Shown here piece by piece: positions 20,825-28,943 of a stretch of DNA of 64,000 nucleotides (position 1 is its first letter; the number at the start of each line of letters is the position of its first letter). The stretch is from Acidimicrobiia bacterium (GTDB lineage Bacteria > Actinomycetota > Acidimicrobiia > Spongiisociales > UBA4744). The DNA lies in NCBI GenBank assembly GCA_029863625.1, contig JAOTUY010000004.1, forward strand, positions 3,517-67,516, in the 5' to 3' direction. A model generated the notes under the pieces. It worked only from the letters and a program-made list of their open reading frames with translations. It was not told the DNA's origin and did no database searches. A program made the position numbers and the translations under genes.

Positions 20825-21916
20825 GTGACAATGCGGTACGCAGAAATCACTGGATGGGGAAAATGCGTTCCGCCTTCCGTTCTGTCCAACAGCGACCTCG
20901 AGGTGCTTACCGACACCACCGACGAGTGGATCACCACTCGCACCGGTATCAAAGAGCGGCGCATTTCCCATGTGAACGTGTCCGACATGGCCGTCGTGGC
21001 CTCCCACCATGCTCTAGCCGCGGCCGGTCTCGAACCGACCGACATCGACCTGATCGTGCTGGCTACCTGCACTGCCGACGTAGTTATTCCGAGCGCCGCT
21101 TCACTCGTCCAGGCCAAGCTGGGAGCCACGAACGCTGCAGTGTTTGACCTCAACGCCGCATGTTCGGGGTGGATCTACGCCCTCAATGTCGGAACCCAGA
21201 TGGTGAAAGGGGGAGGGCACGACAAGGTGCTGGTGATCGGTGCGGAGAAACTGTCGCATCTCCTCGATTTCACCGACCGGGGGACGGCCGTGTTGTTCGG
21301 AGACGGGGCAGGAGCTGTGGTGCTCGAGGCAACCGATGAAGCGATCGGGTTGCAGTCGGTTGAGATCGGAACGGACGGTTCGGTCGCAGGGATTCTGTGT
21401 GTCCCCGGCGTTGGCACCGCAGGCAATCGATATCAAGGTGATCCAAGCGAATACGCGATCCATATGGACGGCCCCGAGGTCTTCCGGCGAGCCGTGACGG
21501 CCATGGGCGGAGCTTCGAGCCGGGTGGTTGAGCAAGCGGGCCTATCGGTTGCGGATGTCGACCTCTTGATTCCCCATCAGGCCAATGTCCGGATCATCGA
21601 TGCAACTGCGCGCAAGTTGAAGCTGGCTGCCGAGCAGGTCTTCGTGAACATCGCCTCGTACGGCAACACATCCGCGGCAACCATCCCGATGGCGCTCACC
21701 GAAGCAATAGAAGAAGGGCGGGTCGCGCCTGGCGCCAACCTCGTCTTTGCCGCCTTCGGGGCCGGCTTGACCTGGGCAGCCGCCGTGGTGCGGTGGGGCA
21801 GGAGAGTCGAACCGCTGGGAGTGAGCGATGCTCACTTGCCCCCGTGCGACAAGACCGCCGTGGAACTCCTCGAATCCAATGTCGCCTTTTATGGAGACGG
21901 TAGGAGGACCGGGTGA
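20825..21916 (+). CDS. fabH: 3-oxoacyl-ACP synthase III
   Basis: TRTGIKERR, AACSG, FGDGAGA, PHQAN, YGNTSAA. Confidence 0.95.
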   Translation: MTMRYAEITGWGKCVPPSVLSNSDLEVLTDTTDEWITTRTGIKERRISHVNVSDMAVVASHHALAAAGLEPTDIDLIVLATCTADVVIPSAASLVQAKLGATNAAVFDLNAACSGWIYALNVGTQMVKGGGHDKVLVIGAEKLSHLLDFTDRGTAVLFGDGAGAVVLEATDEAIGLQSVEIGTDGSVAGILCVPGVGTAGNRYQGDPSEYAIHMDGPEVFRRAVTAMGGASSRVVEQAGLSVADVDLLIPHQANVRIIDATARKLKLAAEQVFVNIASYGNTSAATIPMALTEAIEEGRVAPGANLVFAAFGAGLTWAAAVVRWGRRVEPLGVSDAHLPPCDKTAVELLESNVAFYGDGRRTG

Positions 21917-22647
21917 CGAGGGTGGCGCTGGTAACCGGCGGCTCGCGCGGTATCGGTCGGGCCGTGGCGCTCGAATTGGCCGGGCGAGGGAGCCGGGTCG
22001 CCATCAACTATGCAGGCAATGCCGGCGCGGCGGCTGAGGTGCTCGAAGAGATCATGTCGATCGGCAACGAGGGCATCACCGTCCAAGCAGACGTGGCCGA
22101 TCCCGACGATGTGGATCGTCTGTTTGCGGCGGTGGGCACTGAACTCGGTCCTGTTGACATCCTCGTCAACAACGCCGGCATCACCCGCGACGGTCTGGTG
22201 CTCCGCATGGATACCGCCGACTGGGACGAAGTTATCAACACCAATCTCCGGTCGGTATACCTCTGCAGCAAGGCAGCTCTGCGCTCCATGGTGCGATCCA
22301 AGTGGGGAAGGATCATCAACATCAGCTCAGTGGCTGGTATCGCCGGGAACGCCGGACAAGCCAACTACGCGGCCTCGAAGGCTGGGATCATAGGTTTCAC
22401 CAAATCGGTGGCGAAAGAAGTGGGGTCGAGAGGCATTACCGTCAACACGGTTGCCCCCGGCTTCATCGAAACGGACATGACGAACGACTTGTCCGATGAC
22501 GTGCGCGCAGCTGCTTCCACATCGACAGCCGTTGGTCGGTTCGGGTTCCCGCGTGAGGTCGCGTCGGCTGTGGGCTATCTTGCCTCCGACGAGGCAGCCT
22601 ATGTCACCGGCCAGGTTCTCGTTGTTGACGGAGGAATGGCGCTCTAA
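21913..22647 (+). CDS. fabG: 3-oxoacyl-ACP reductase
   Basis: TGGSRGIG, NNAGITRD, NYAASKAG, PGFIETDM. Confidence 0.95.
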   Translation: MTRVALVTGGSRGIGRAVALELAGRGSRVAINYAGNAGAAAEVLEEIMSIGNEGITVQADVADPDDVDRLFAAVGTELGPVDILVNNAGITRDGLVLRMDTADWDEVINTNLRSVYLCSKAALRSMVRSKWGRIINISSVAGIAGNAGQANYAASKAGIIGFTKSVAKEVGSRGITVNTVAPGFIETDMTNDLSDDVRAAASTSTAVGRFGFPREVASAVGYLASDEAAYVTGQVLVVDGGMAL

Positions 22648-22657
22648 GGGAGGAAAA

Positions 22658-22903
22658 ATGGATCGCTCGGAAATCGAAAGCCGCATCAAGAATCTGCTTG
22701 TCAGCGAACTTGGTCTGGATGGGGAAAAGGTCTCGGCTGAAGCCAGATTTGAAGAGGACTTGGAAGTGGACTCTTTGGGAGTTGTTGAACTCCTGATGGC
22801 CCTCGAAGACGAGTTCGGGGTCAAGATTCCTGACGAGGAAGCCGAAGAAATCGGCACGGTCGGTGAAGCGGTCGACATGGTCGTAGCGAAGCTGGCCGGC
22901 TGA
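22658..22903 (+). CDS. acpP: Acyl carrier protein
   Basis: DLEVDSLGVVEL phosphopantetheine site; GGAGG RBS before ATG 22658. Confidence 0.95.
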   Translation: MDRSEIESRIKNLLVSELGLDGEKVSAEARFEEDLEVDSLGVVELLMALEDEFGVKIPDEEAEEIGTVGEAVDMVVAKLAG

Positions 22904-22911
22904 GGAAACCG

Positions 22912-24168
22912 ATGCGCACGCGCGACCGGCGGGTGGTCGTAACCGGGTTGGGCGCGGTCACCCCGGTCGGGCTGACCGTCGACAGCTTCTGGAAGGCTTT
23001 GCTGGCAGGGGAGTCCGGTATCGATGAGATCTCGTCGTTTGATACGACGGATTTTGCGGTCCGGATAGCCGGCGAGCTCAAGGATTTCGATCCTGAGGTA
23101 TACCTGAGCCGCCGTGACGTTCGCACCATGGACCGGTACGCGCAAGTGTTCTACGCCTCCACTGCCCAGGCTCTTGCCGATGCCGGTATCGACTACACGG
23201 ACAATCCGGATGCCGGCCTCCGCGCCGGGGTGGTCATCGGTTGCGGCATCGGCGGCATCATCTCGGTGCAAGAGTCGATGAACATCATGTTCACGCGCGG
23301 CGGGGACCGCATGAGCCCGTACACGATCACCCAGATCATCCCCAACATGGGGGCGGGCTATGTGTCGATTGCCTTCAACCTGCTTGGACCGATCAGTTGC
23401 ACGGTGACGGCCTGCGCCGCCTCAGCGAACGCCATCGGCGATGCCGCAGAGTTGATCAGGCGGGGCGCCGCGGAGGTGATGGTGGCCGGTGGCGTTGAAG
23501 CCCCCATCCGCGAGTACGCGGTGGCCGGATTCGCTCAGGCTCGGGCCCTGTCCACCCGTAACGACGATCCGTCCGGAGCTTCCCGACCGTTCGACGCCGA
23601 CCGCGACGGCTTCGTGATGGCGGAAGGTGCGGCTTCGCTCATCCTGGAGGAGCGTGATCATGCGCTGGCGCGCGGGGCCCACATCTATGCGGAAGTCCTC
23701 GGCTACGGGATGTCATCGGACGCGTACCACATCACGCTTCCCAAGCCGGGTGGTACCGGAGCGGCCCGGGCCATGACCGCCGCCATCGACGACGCAGGCA
23801 TCGACCCCGGGGACATTGACTACATCAACGCCCATGGGACCTCGACCCCGGCCAACGACTCGACGGAGACGGCCGCCATCAAGCTGGCGTTGGGCGAAGA
23901 AGCCGCGCGGCGGGTGGCGATCTCATCTACCAAGTCCATGACCGGTCACACCCTGGGAGGGGCGGGAGCCGTCGAAGCGGTAGCCAGTGTGCTGACCATT
24001 CGTGACGGGATGGTGCCGCCCACGATCAACTACAGCAACCCCGACCCCGAATGTGACCTCGACTACGTTCCGAACGAAGCGCGTCCCATGGAAGTAGCGA
24101 CGGTGATGAGCAACTCGTTCGGCTTCGGCGGTCACAACGTGGCGTTGATCTTTTCGAAGCACGAATAG
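22912..24168 (+). CDS. fabF: 3-oxoacyl-ACP synthase II
   Basis: RVVVTGLG, TACAAS, NAHGTST, KSMTGH, SNSFGFGGHN. Confidence 0.95.
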   Translation: MRTRDRRVVVTGLGAVTPVGLTVDSFWKALLAGESGIDEISSFDTTDFAVRIAGELKDFDPEVYLSRRDVRTMDRYAQVFYASTAQALADAGIDYTDNPDAGLRAGVVIGCGIGGIISVQESMNIMFTRGGDRMSPYTITQIIPNMGAGYVSIAFNLLGPISCTVTACAASANAIGDAAELIRRGAAEVMVAGGVEAPIREYAVAGFAQARALSTRNDDPSGASRPFDADRDGFVMAEGAASLILEERDHALARGAHIYAEVLGYGMSSDAYHITLPKPGGTGAARAMTAAIDDAGIDPGDIDYINAHGTSTPANDSTETAAIKLALGEEAARRVAISSTKSMTGHTLGGAGAVEAVASVLTIRDGMVPPTINYSNPDPECDLDYVPNEARPMEVATVMSNSFGFGGHNVALIFSKHE

Positions 24169-24175
24169 CAGAATC

Positions 24176-24268
24176 TTTTCGTCTCTCGATTTTCTTCGTG
24201 GTTCCTGGTGGCGGGTGCCAAGTGGCTGAACGAAGTACACAGCGAAGAACGAAGAAAGAAGAACTCCT
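24176..24268. repeat. Degenerate heptamer-like tracts between convergent genes
   Basis: TTCTTCGT GGTTCCT...AAGAACG AAGAAAG AAGAACT; imperfect inverted arrangement. Confidence 0.5.
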
Positions 24269-24553
24269 TTAGTCCCCGTTGGGTTGGGTGACCTCACAAC
24301 CGGGACCGGGAGGTTCCTCTCCCCGGCGCACTGCCTGCTGCCACTCGTTGAGCGATCGAAGCACCAGCACCGCAACCACCAGGACCCCGACGGCGGTTGA
24401 CAGAGCGGCTCCGGCGCCGACCAGGCTGGCCGCCGTCACACAGCCATCTGGTCGGCAACTCACCGTCGTCACGCTCCACCCGATGAACCCTCCGATCACG
24501 AACCCGAGCGCGACTGGAATCAGCACCCACGGATTGGGCAGTCGGCGTTTCAC
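24269..24553 (-). CDS. Small hypothetical membrane protein (2 TM, Cys pair in the loop)
   Basis: GTG start overlaps the upstream TGA; WVLIPVALGFVIGGFIGW..SCRPDGC..VLVVAVLVLRSL. Confidence 0.7.
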   Translation of the reverse strand: MKRRLPNPWVLIPVALGFVIGGFIGWSVTTVSCRPDGCVTAASLVGAGAALSTAVGVLVVAVLVLRSLNEWQQAVRRGEEPPGPGCEVTQPNGD

Positions 24554-25317
24554 GTTTCTCCAGGTTGTCTGGGTCGACCCCGGTCGTCGAGTCCGGCCGC
24601 TTCCAGCACCTGCGGTGGGGCCAGCTCGGGAGGAATAGGGATCAGATTTCCCCGAGTGGGTGCTTGGGACAGCGTGGCTTGTCGAACGTCCGGAGACCAG
24701 GCCAAGACAGTGAGCGCGGAGACACCCAGCCCGAGCATGAGCGCCCCAGGCCACGCGAGACCCGCGGCGGCTGCTACGCCCAGCACCGGGAGAGAAATCC
24801 GCACCGCCCACAGCGCGGGTAGCCAAGCTTGCGAATATGCCCAGGCCGCCGTCAGTGCAAAGCCACTGAGCATCCAGCCGCCCACCGGAACGCCTCCGGA
24901 AGCCGTCGCCGCCACCAGGGTGGGCAGACCCACCAATCCCAAGTTCATGATTACCGCCGTTGGAGGTGGCCCGTTCGTGCGAGGAACTCTTCGTAACCAG
25001 CTATCCAGCCACGGTCCGGCCACTGCGGCGATCCCGACGGCAGTCAAGAGAACGGCACCGATCCACCATCCATCCATCTCGAAGAACACCCCGACCACAG
25101 CCTGCCCACCCAGCAGTATGGACGAAGCTCGGCGGGTCCACCGACCGCGCCCGAGAGCAACGCCCATCGCGATCACGGTTCCCAAGATGAGTAGATCGGC
25201 GGCCAGCAGCGCCGCCGCTGAGTCCGCGAGAGGTCCGGACCCGAACACCAGGACGAACGCCCACCCGGCAGATGCCAGCACGATCGCCGCGGCGACAAAG
25301 AGTGGGGCCCGTTGCAT
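24550..25317 (-). CDS. Hypothetical polytopic membrane protein
   Basis: About 8 hydrophobic segments; CATAAT 7 nt before ATG; ends LDDRGR. Confidence 0.7.
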   Translation of the reverse strand: MQRAPLFVAAAIVLASAGWAFVLVFGSGPLADSAAALLAADLLILGTVIAMGVALGRGRWTRRASSILLGGQAVVGVFFEMDGWWIGAVLLTAVGIAAVAGPWLDSWLRRVPRTNGPPPTAVIMNLGLVGLPTLVAATASGGVPVGGWMLSGFALTAAWAYSQAWLPALWAVRISLPVLGVAAAAGLAWPGALMLGLGVSALTVLAWSPDVRQATLSQAPTRGNLIPIPPELAPPQVLEAAGLDDRGRPRQPGET

Positions 25318-25383
25318 GATGAGCATTATGCCCGCGACAGGCCGGCACGGGGCCTGTCGCGCCGGAAGGGTACCCTGACGCAC

Positions 25384-25920
25384 ATGCACAAACACTGGCC
25401 CGGCGAGTTCGTGTTCTGTCCGCATTGCGCAACGCGCATGGTTGAACGGGAGGTGGGCGGCCGGAACCGGCCGGCGTGCCCGTCGTGCGGCTTTGTCCAC
25501 TTCAGGAACCCGGGGGTCGGTGTGGCGGCCTTGGTAGAGGATGAGGCCGGGCGGATCCTGATGATCCGGCGCGGTCCCGACGCCACGCGACCGGGGTTGT
25601 GGGCGATTCCCGCCGGATATGTCGACTACGGCGAAGACGTCCGGAAGGCGGCCGCCCGCGAACTCCTCGAGGAAACGGGACTTGAGGTCGCTATCGGAGA
25701 ACCGATATTCGTGGCGTCCAACTTTCACGACCCGGCCAAGCTGACGGTTGGTATCTGGTTTCGCGCAGCGGTGATGGGTGGCCGCTTGGTGGCAGGAGAC
25801 GATGCCGACGGCGCCGGCTACTTTGCCCTCGATGACTTGCCACCGCTGGCCTTTGATACCGATCGGGAGCTCTTCGAGCTGCTCCGGGCCGAGCCGTCGG
25901 CGGATGAGTTCCTGACCTAG
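25384..25920 (+). CDS. NUDIX hydrolase with N-terminal zinc ribbon
   Basis: FCPHC...CPSCG, Nudix box GYVDYGEDVRKAAARELLEETGL, LAFD. Confidence 0.9.
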   Translation: MHKHWPGEFVFCPHCATRMVEREVGGRNRPACPSCGFVHFRNPGVGVAALVEDEAGRILMIRRGPDATRPGLWAIPAGYVDYGEDVRKAAARELLEETGLEVAIGEPIFVASNFHDPAKLTVGIWFRAAVMGGRLVAGDDADGAGYFALDDLPPLAFDTDRELFELLRAEPSADEFLT

Positions 25921-26558
25921 GGGCCCGGTATTCCCATTGGAGGTGGGAACCGACCGCTCCGGGTCGCAGGAGCCCATCGAGCCGTCTCCCGCCAGGGGGC
26001 TCCGGGCTCCAAGGTGATCACCTCTGCATGCCCCGGTTTGTCGCTCCCGAACGAAGCGAAAGGCCGGTCGGTAAGGGCAAAGCGCGCTGCCTGGAGGGGA
26101 TCTTGGTGTGACACGACGACCAGCTCACCGTCGGGGTGAGCGAGGTGCAGGCTCAGGATGGCCGCTTCCATTCGGCCCGCCATCGCCTCGAGCGACTCGG
26201 GCGAGAACGGGAGGTCCCACGGATGATTGAGATAGGCCGCCACCTCTCCAGGAAACTGATCGTCGAGCGCTTCCCAACGTATGCCGCGCCAACGAATCGA
26301 CAAGGCGAATTCACCGAAGTCATCGTCAACCTCAATCTTGAGTCCGTGCGGGGCTGCGATCACCAGCGCCGTCTGTACCGCCCTGGTGAGCGGCGATGCG
26401 GACACTGCGGTGATCGGATGATCCGAAAGGTAGGTTGCCGTTTCCTCGGCCTGAGCCTCACCGTTGCTGCTCAGGCCGAACTCCTGGAGGTCGGCGTACA
26501 CGATGTGGCCAGGGTTCTCGACCTCACCATGGCGGACCAGGTGCACTCTGCTTGCCAT
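25917..26558 (-). CDS. Histidine phosphatase family protein
   Basis: VHLVRHGEVENP, SASPLTRAVQTA, VVVSHQDP. Confidence 0.9.
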   Translation of the reverse strand: MASRVHLVRHGEVENPGHIVYADLQEFGLSSNGEAQAEETATYLSDHPITAVSASPLTRAVQTALVIAAPHGLKIEVDDDFGEFALSIRWRGIRWEALDDQFPGEVAAYLNHPWDLPFSPESLEAMAGRMEAAILSLHLAHPDGELVVVSHQDPLQAARFALTDRPFASFGSDKPGHAEVITLEPGAPWRETARWAPATRSGRFPPPMGIPGP

Positions 26559-26573
26559 GGGCAATGATCCTAG

Positions 26574-26585
26574 GAACCCCAGTTC
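26574..26585. promoter_or_regulatory. LexA (SOS) box upstream of dinB
   Basis: GAAC-CCCA-GTTC (GAAC-N4-GTTC) in the -35 region of a leaderless promoter (TACCTT 26598-26603, ATG 26610). Confidence 0.65.
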
Positions 26586-26609
26586 TTTGTTCTCGGCTAC
26601 CTTGGCGGA

Positions 26610-27794
26610 ATGAGGGCCCTGGGGTTTACCGAATCCATCCTGCACGTCGACATGGATGCGTTCTTCGTAGAGGTCGAACGTCGGGATCGAGCGGATTTGC
26701 GCGGGCGCCCCGTGGTGGTTGGCGGTACCGGAGGTCGGGGCGTTGTTGCCGCGGCGTCCTACGAAGCTCGCACCTTTGGCATCACCTCTGCGATGCCGAT
26801 GGTTCATGCTCGACGTCTCTGCCCTGCGGCGGTTGTGCTCCCGTCGGATCACCGCAAATACCGGGCTGTCTCCGAAAAGGTGTTCGCTATCTTTCGCTCC
26901 TTGGCCCCGCTGGTCGAAGGCCTCTCTCTCGACGAGGCCTTTCTCGATGTGGCCGGCCTCCGGCACCATTACCCGAATTCCGCTGTCATCGGGGTCGAAA
27001 TTCGGGCGCGCCTCCGAGAAGAACTCGAGCTCCCGGCCTCGGTCGGTATTGCGGTCAACAAGTTCCTCGCCAAACTTGCTTCCGAGGCTGCCAAGCCGGA
27101 CGGTATCCGGCACGTGCCGGCGGGCGAATCGCTGGCCTTTCTGCACCCGCTGCCTGTTCGATCGTTGTGGGGGGTTGGTGAAGCAACCCGTGCGGCGCTG
27201 GAACGGCTTGGGGTGCAAACGGTCGGAGATCTCGCCGAGGTCCCGCCTGCGACACTGAAAAGGCACCTTGGCGCATCGGCGGGAACCCATCTCCATGAGC
27301 TCGCTTGGGGGCGCGATGAGCGGCCGGTGGTCCCGGGGTCAGCGGCGAAGTCGATCTCGGTCGAAGAAACCTACGAACGCGACATCGCGGGGTGGGATGC
27401 CGTCGAAGGAGAGTTGCTCCGACACGCCGACCGGCTGGCCGGGCGATTACGCGCAGGGGGGGTGGCCGGACGTACCCTGACCGTCAAGATTCGCTTTGCG
27501 GACTTCACCACCATCACGCGTTCGGTGACGTTGGGCAGCTCGACGGATGTTGCCCGCGATCTCTACCGGGCGGCCCGGGATCTGCTGCGAAACCTCATTC
27601 TGGACAAGCCGATTCGTTTGGTGGGGCTGGGCGTGACCGCCCTGACCCCGGCCACTGCTCCGCGCCAACTGGCCGTCGATCGACCTGCCAAATGGGATGA
27701 TCTCGCCGACGCCGTCGATAAGGTTCGCCTCCGCTATGGAACAGGATCGATTCGCCCGGCGAGGATGGCCGAAGACATCGAACGGGAAGATTGA
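26610..27794 (+). CDS. dinB: DNA polymerase IV
   Basis: ILHVDMDAFF, AASYEAR, SLDEAFLD, KFLAKLAS..AKPDG, LWGVG, IRLVGL. Confidence 0.95.
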   Translation: MRALGFTESILHVDMDAFFVEVERRDRADLRGRPVVVGGTGGRGVVAAASYEARTFGITSAMPMVHARRLCPAAVVLPSDHRKYRAVSEKVFAIFRSLAPLVEGLSLDEAFLDVAGLRHHYPNSAVIGVEIRARLREELELPASVGIAVNKFLAKLASEAAKPDGIRHVPAGESLAFLHPLPVRSLWGVGEATRAALERLGVQTVGDLAEVPPATLKRHLGASAGTHLHELAWGRDERPVVPGSAAKSISVEETYERDIAGWDAVEGELLRHADRLAGRLRAGGVAGRTLTVKIRFADFTTITRSVTLGSSTDVARDLYRAARDLLRNLILDKPIRLVGLGVTALTPATAPRQLAVDRPAKWDDLADAVDKVRLRYGTGSIRPARMAEDIERED

Positions 27795-27878
27795 GCTTAT
27801 TCCGCCTTCCCCCTTCCACAATTCCGTCGCATCGTATAATGTCCTCAAGGTCGTGATGTTGCGGCCCGGGAGACCTTG

Positions 27879-28232
27879 ATGCCATTGGACGAGCGAGAGC
27901 AGCGCATACTCTCAGAGATAGAGCGCAGGTTCTATGAAGAGGACCCCGATCTGGCCAACACGGTGCGTAGCATCCAGAGGTCGGCCGACTCGCCACGCAC
28001 CCTCTACCTGGCTATAGCGGGACTGCTCGTTGGTGTCGGGCTCACCCTGGTCACGTTCACCTTCAATACCTGGTTGGCGTTGGCCGGGTTTGTGGTGATG
28101 GTTGCCTCCGGCACCGCTCTTGTTCAAGTGTTGCGGAGGCGCGCTGGAAAGGCGCCAATCGGCCTCTCGGCCGGTGGGGCGATCGGGGAGTGGCTTCGTG
28201 AATTCAAGAGCAGGAGGGGTTTTCGCCGCTGA
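27879..28232 (+). CDS. DUF3040 family membrane protein
   Basis: MPLDEREQRILSEIERRFYEEDPDLA plus 2 TM helices; TATAAT at 27835-27840. Confidence 0.88.
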   Translation: MPLDEREQRILSEIERRFYEEDPDLANTVRSIQRSADSPRTLYLAIAGLLVGVGLTLVTFTFNTWLALAGFVVMVASGTALVQVLRRRAGKAPIGLSAGGAIGEWLREFKSRRGFRR

Positions 28233-28365
28233 TCGATTCAGCGAGCTAGAGTGGCGCAACCAACGCTTCGGTCTTCGGCTTGGGGAGCCCACCTAGGCGG
28301 TCTGGACCGAGCGAAACGGCAGAACTGCGGCTGACGAGGACTCCCAGAGGCCGCCCTGGAATACT

Positions 28366-28884
28366 GTGGGGAGTAAGGATTTGGACGACGGGTTCAGCGC
28401 GCAGCAGGCGTCACAATTGACCGGCTGCACGCAGCATCAACTCAGGTACTGGGACCGGGTCGATCTGGTACGGCCATCAATTCAGGGAACAGGCGGCCGG
28501 CCCGGCGTGCGGCGGTTGTACTCGTTTCGGGATCTGGTGGCGTTACGGGTCGTGAGGAGCTTGCTCGACAATGGCATGTCCGTCCAGCGTGTACGGCGCG
28601 CATGGGACTATCTGCGGCGGAACGCCGAGATGGATTCGCACCTTTCGGAGGTGAAGCTGGTTACCGACGGAAACACGATCTTTCGAATTGCTTCCGGAGA
28701 CGAAGAGTTGCTCGACGCCCTTCGCGAAGGACAACTCGCTTTCTTTGTGGCCATCGACAGCATCGCCAGGTCGGTTGAAGAGGACATCACTCGCTTCGAG
28801 CTCGATCGCGACTCATTCCTCGAAATCCTCCGCCGGGTGGAGGACGATGTGGTCACGGAAGCAGCCGAAGCGGCCGGTGGTTGA
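28366..28884 (+). CDS. MerR-family HTH regulator (Rv1830-like)
   Basis: QLRYWDRVDLVRPS...RRLYSFRDLVALRVVRSLLDNGMS...LVTDG. Confidence 0.88.
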   Translation: MGSKDLDDGFSAQQASQLTGCTQHQLRYWDRVDLVRPSIQGTGGRPGVRRLYSFRDLVALRVVRSLLDNGMSVQRVRRAWDYLRRNAEMDSHLSEVKLVTDGNTIFRIASGDEELLDALREGQLAFFVAIDSIARSVEEDITRFELDRDSFLEILRRVEDDVVTEAAEAAGG

Positions 28885-28943
28885 TCACCCGTCGGAGTCC
28901 GCTGAGTTGATCGGCGGGACGCGTGAATTGGTTTGCTCAACAC

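Noticed and set aside
19882-24168. fab cluster as a secondary-metabolite type II PKS
   Set aside because: No chain-length factor, cyclase or tailoring genes; all five genes match primary FAS II
28313-28337. GAAAC and CTGACGA resembling hammerhead ribozyme core motifs
   Set aside because: Only 13 nt separate them, too short for stems I and III, and there is no NUH cleavage triplet or closing stem II
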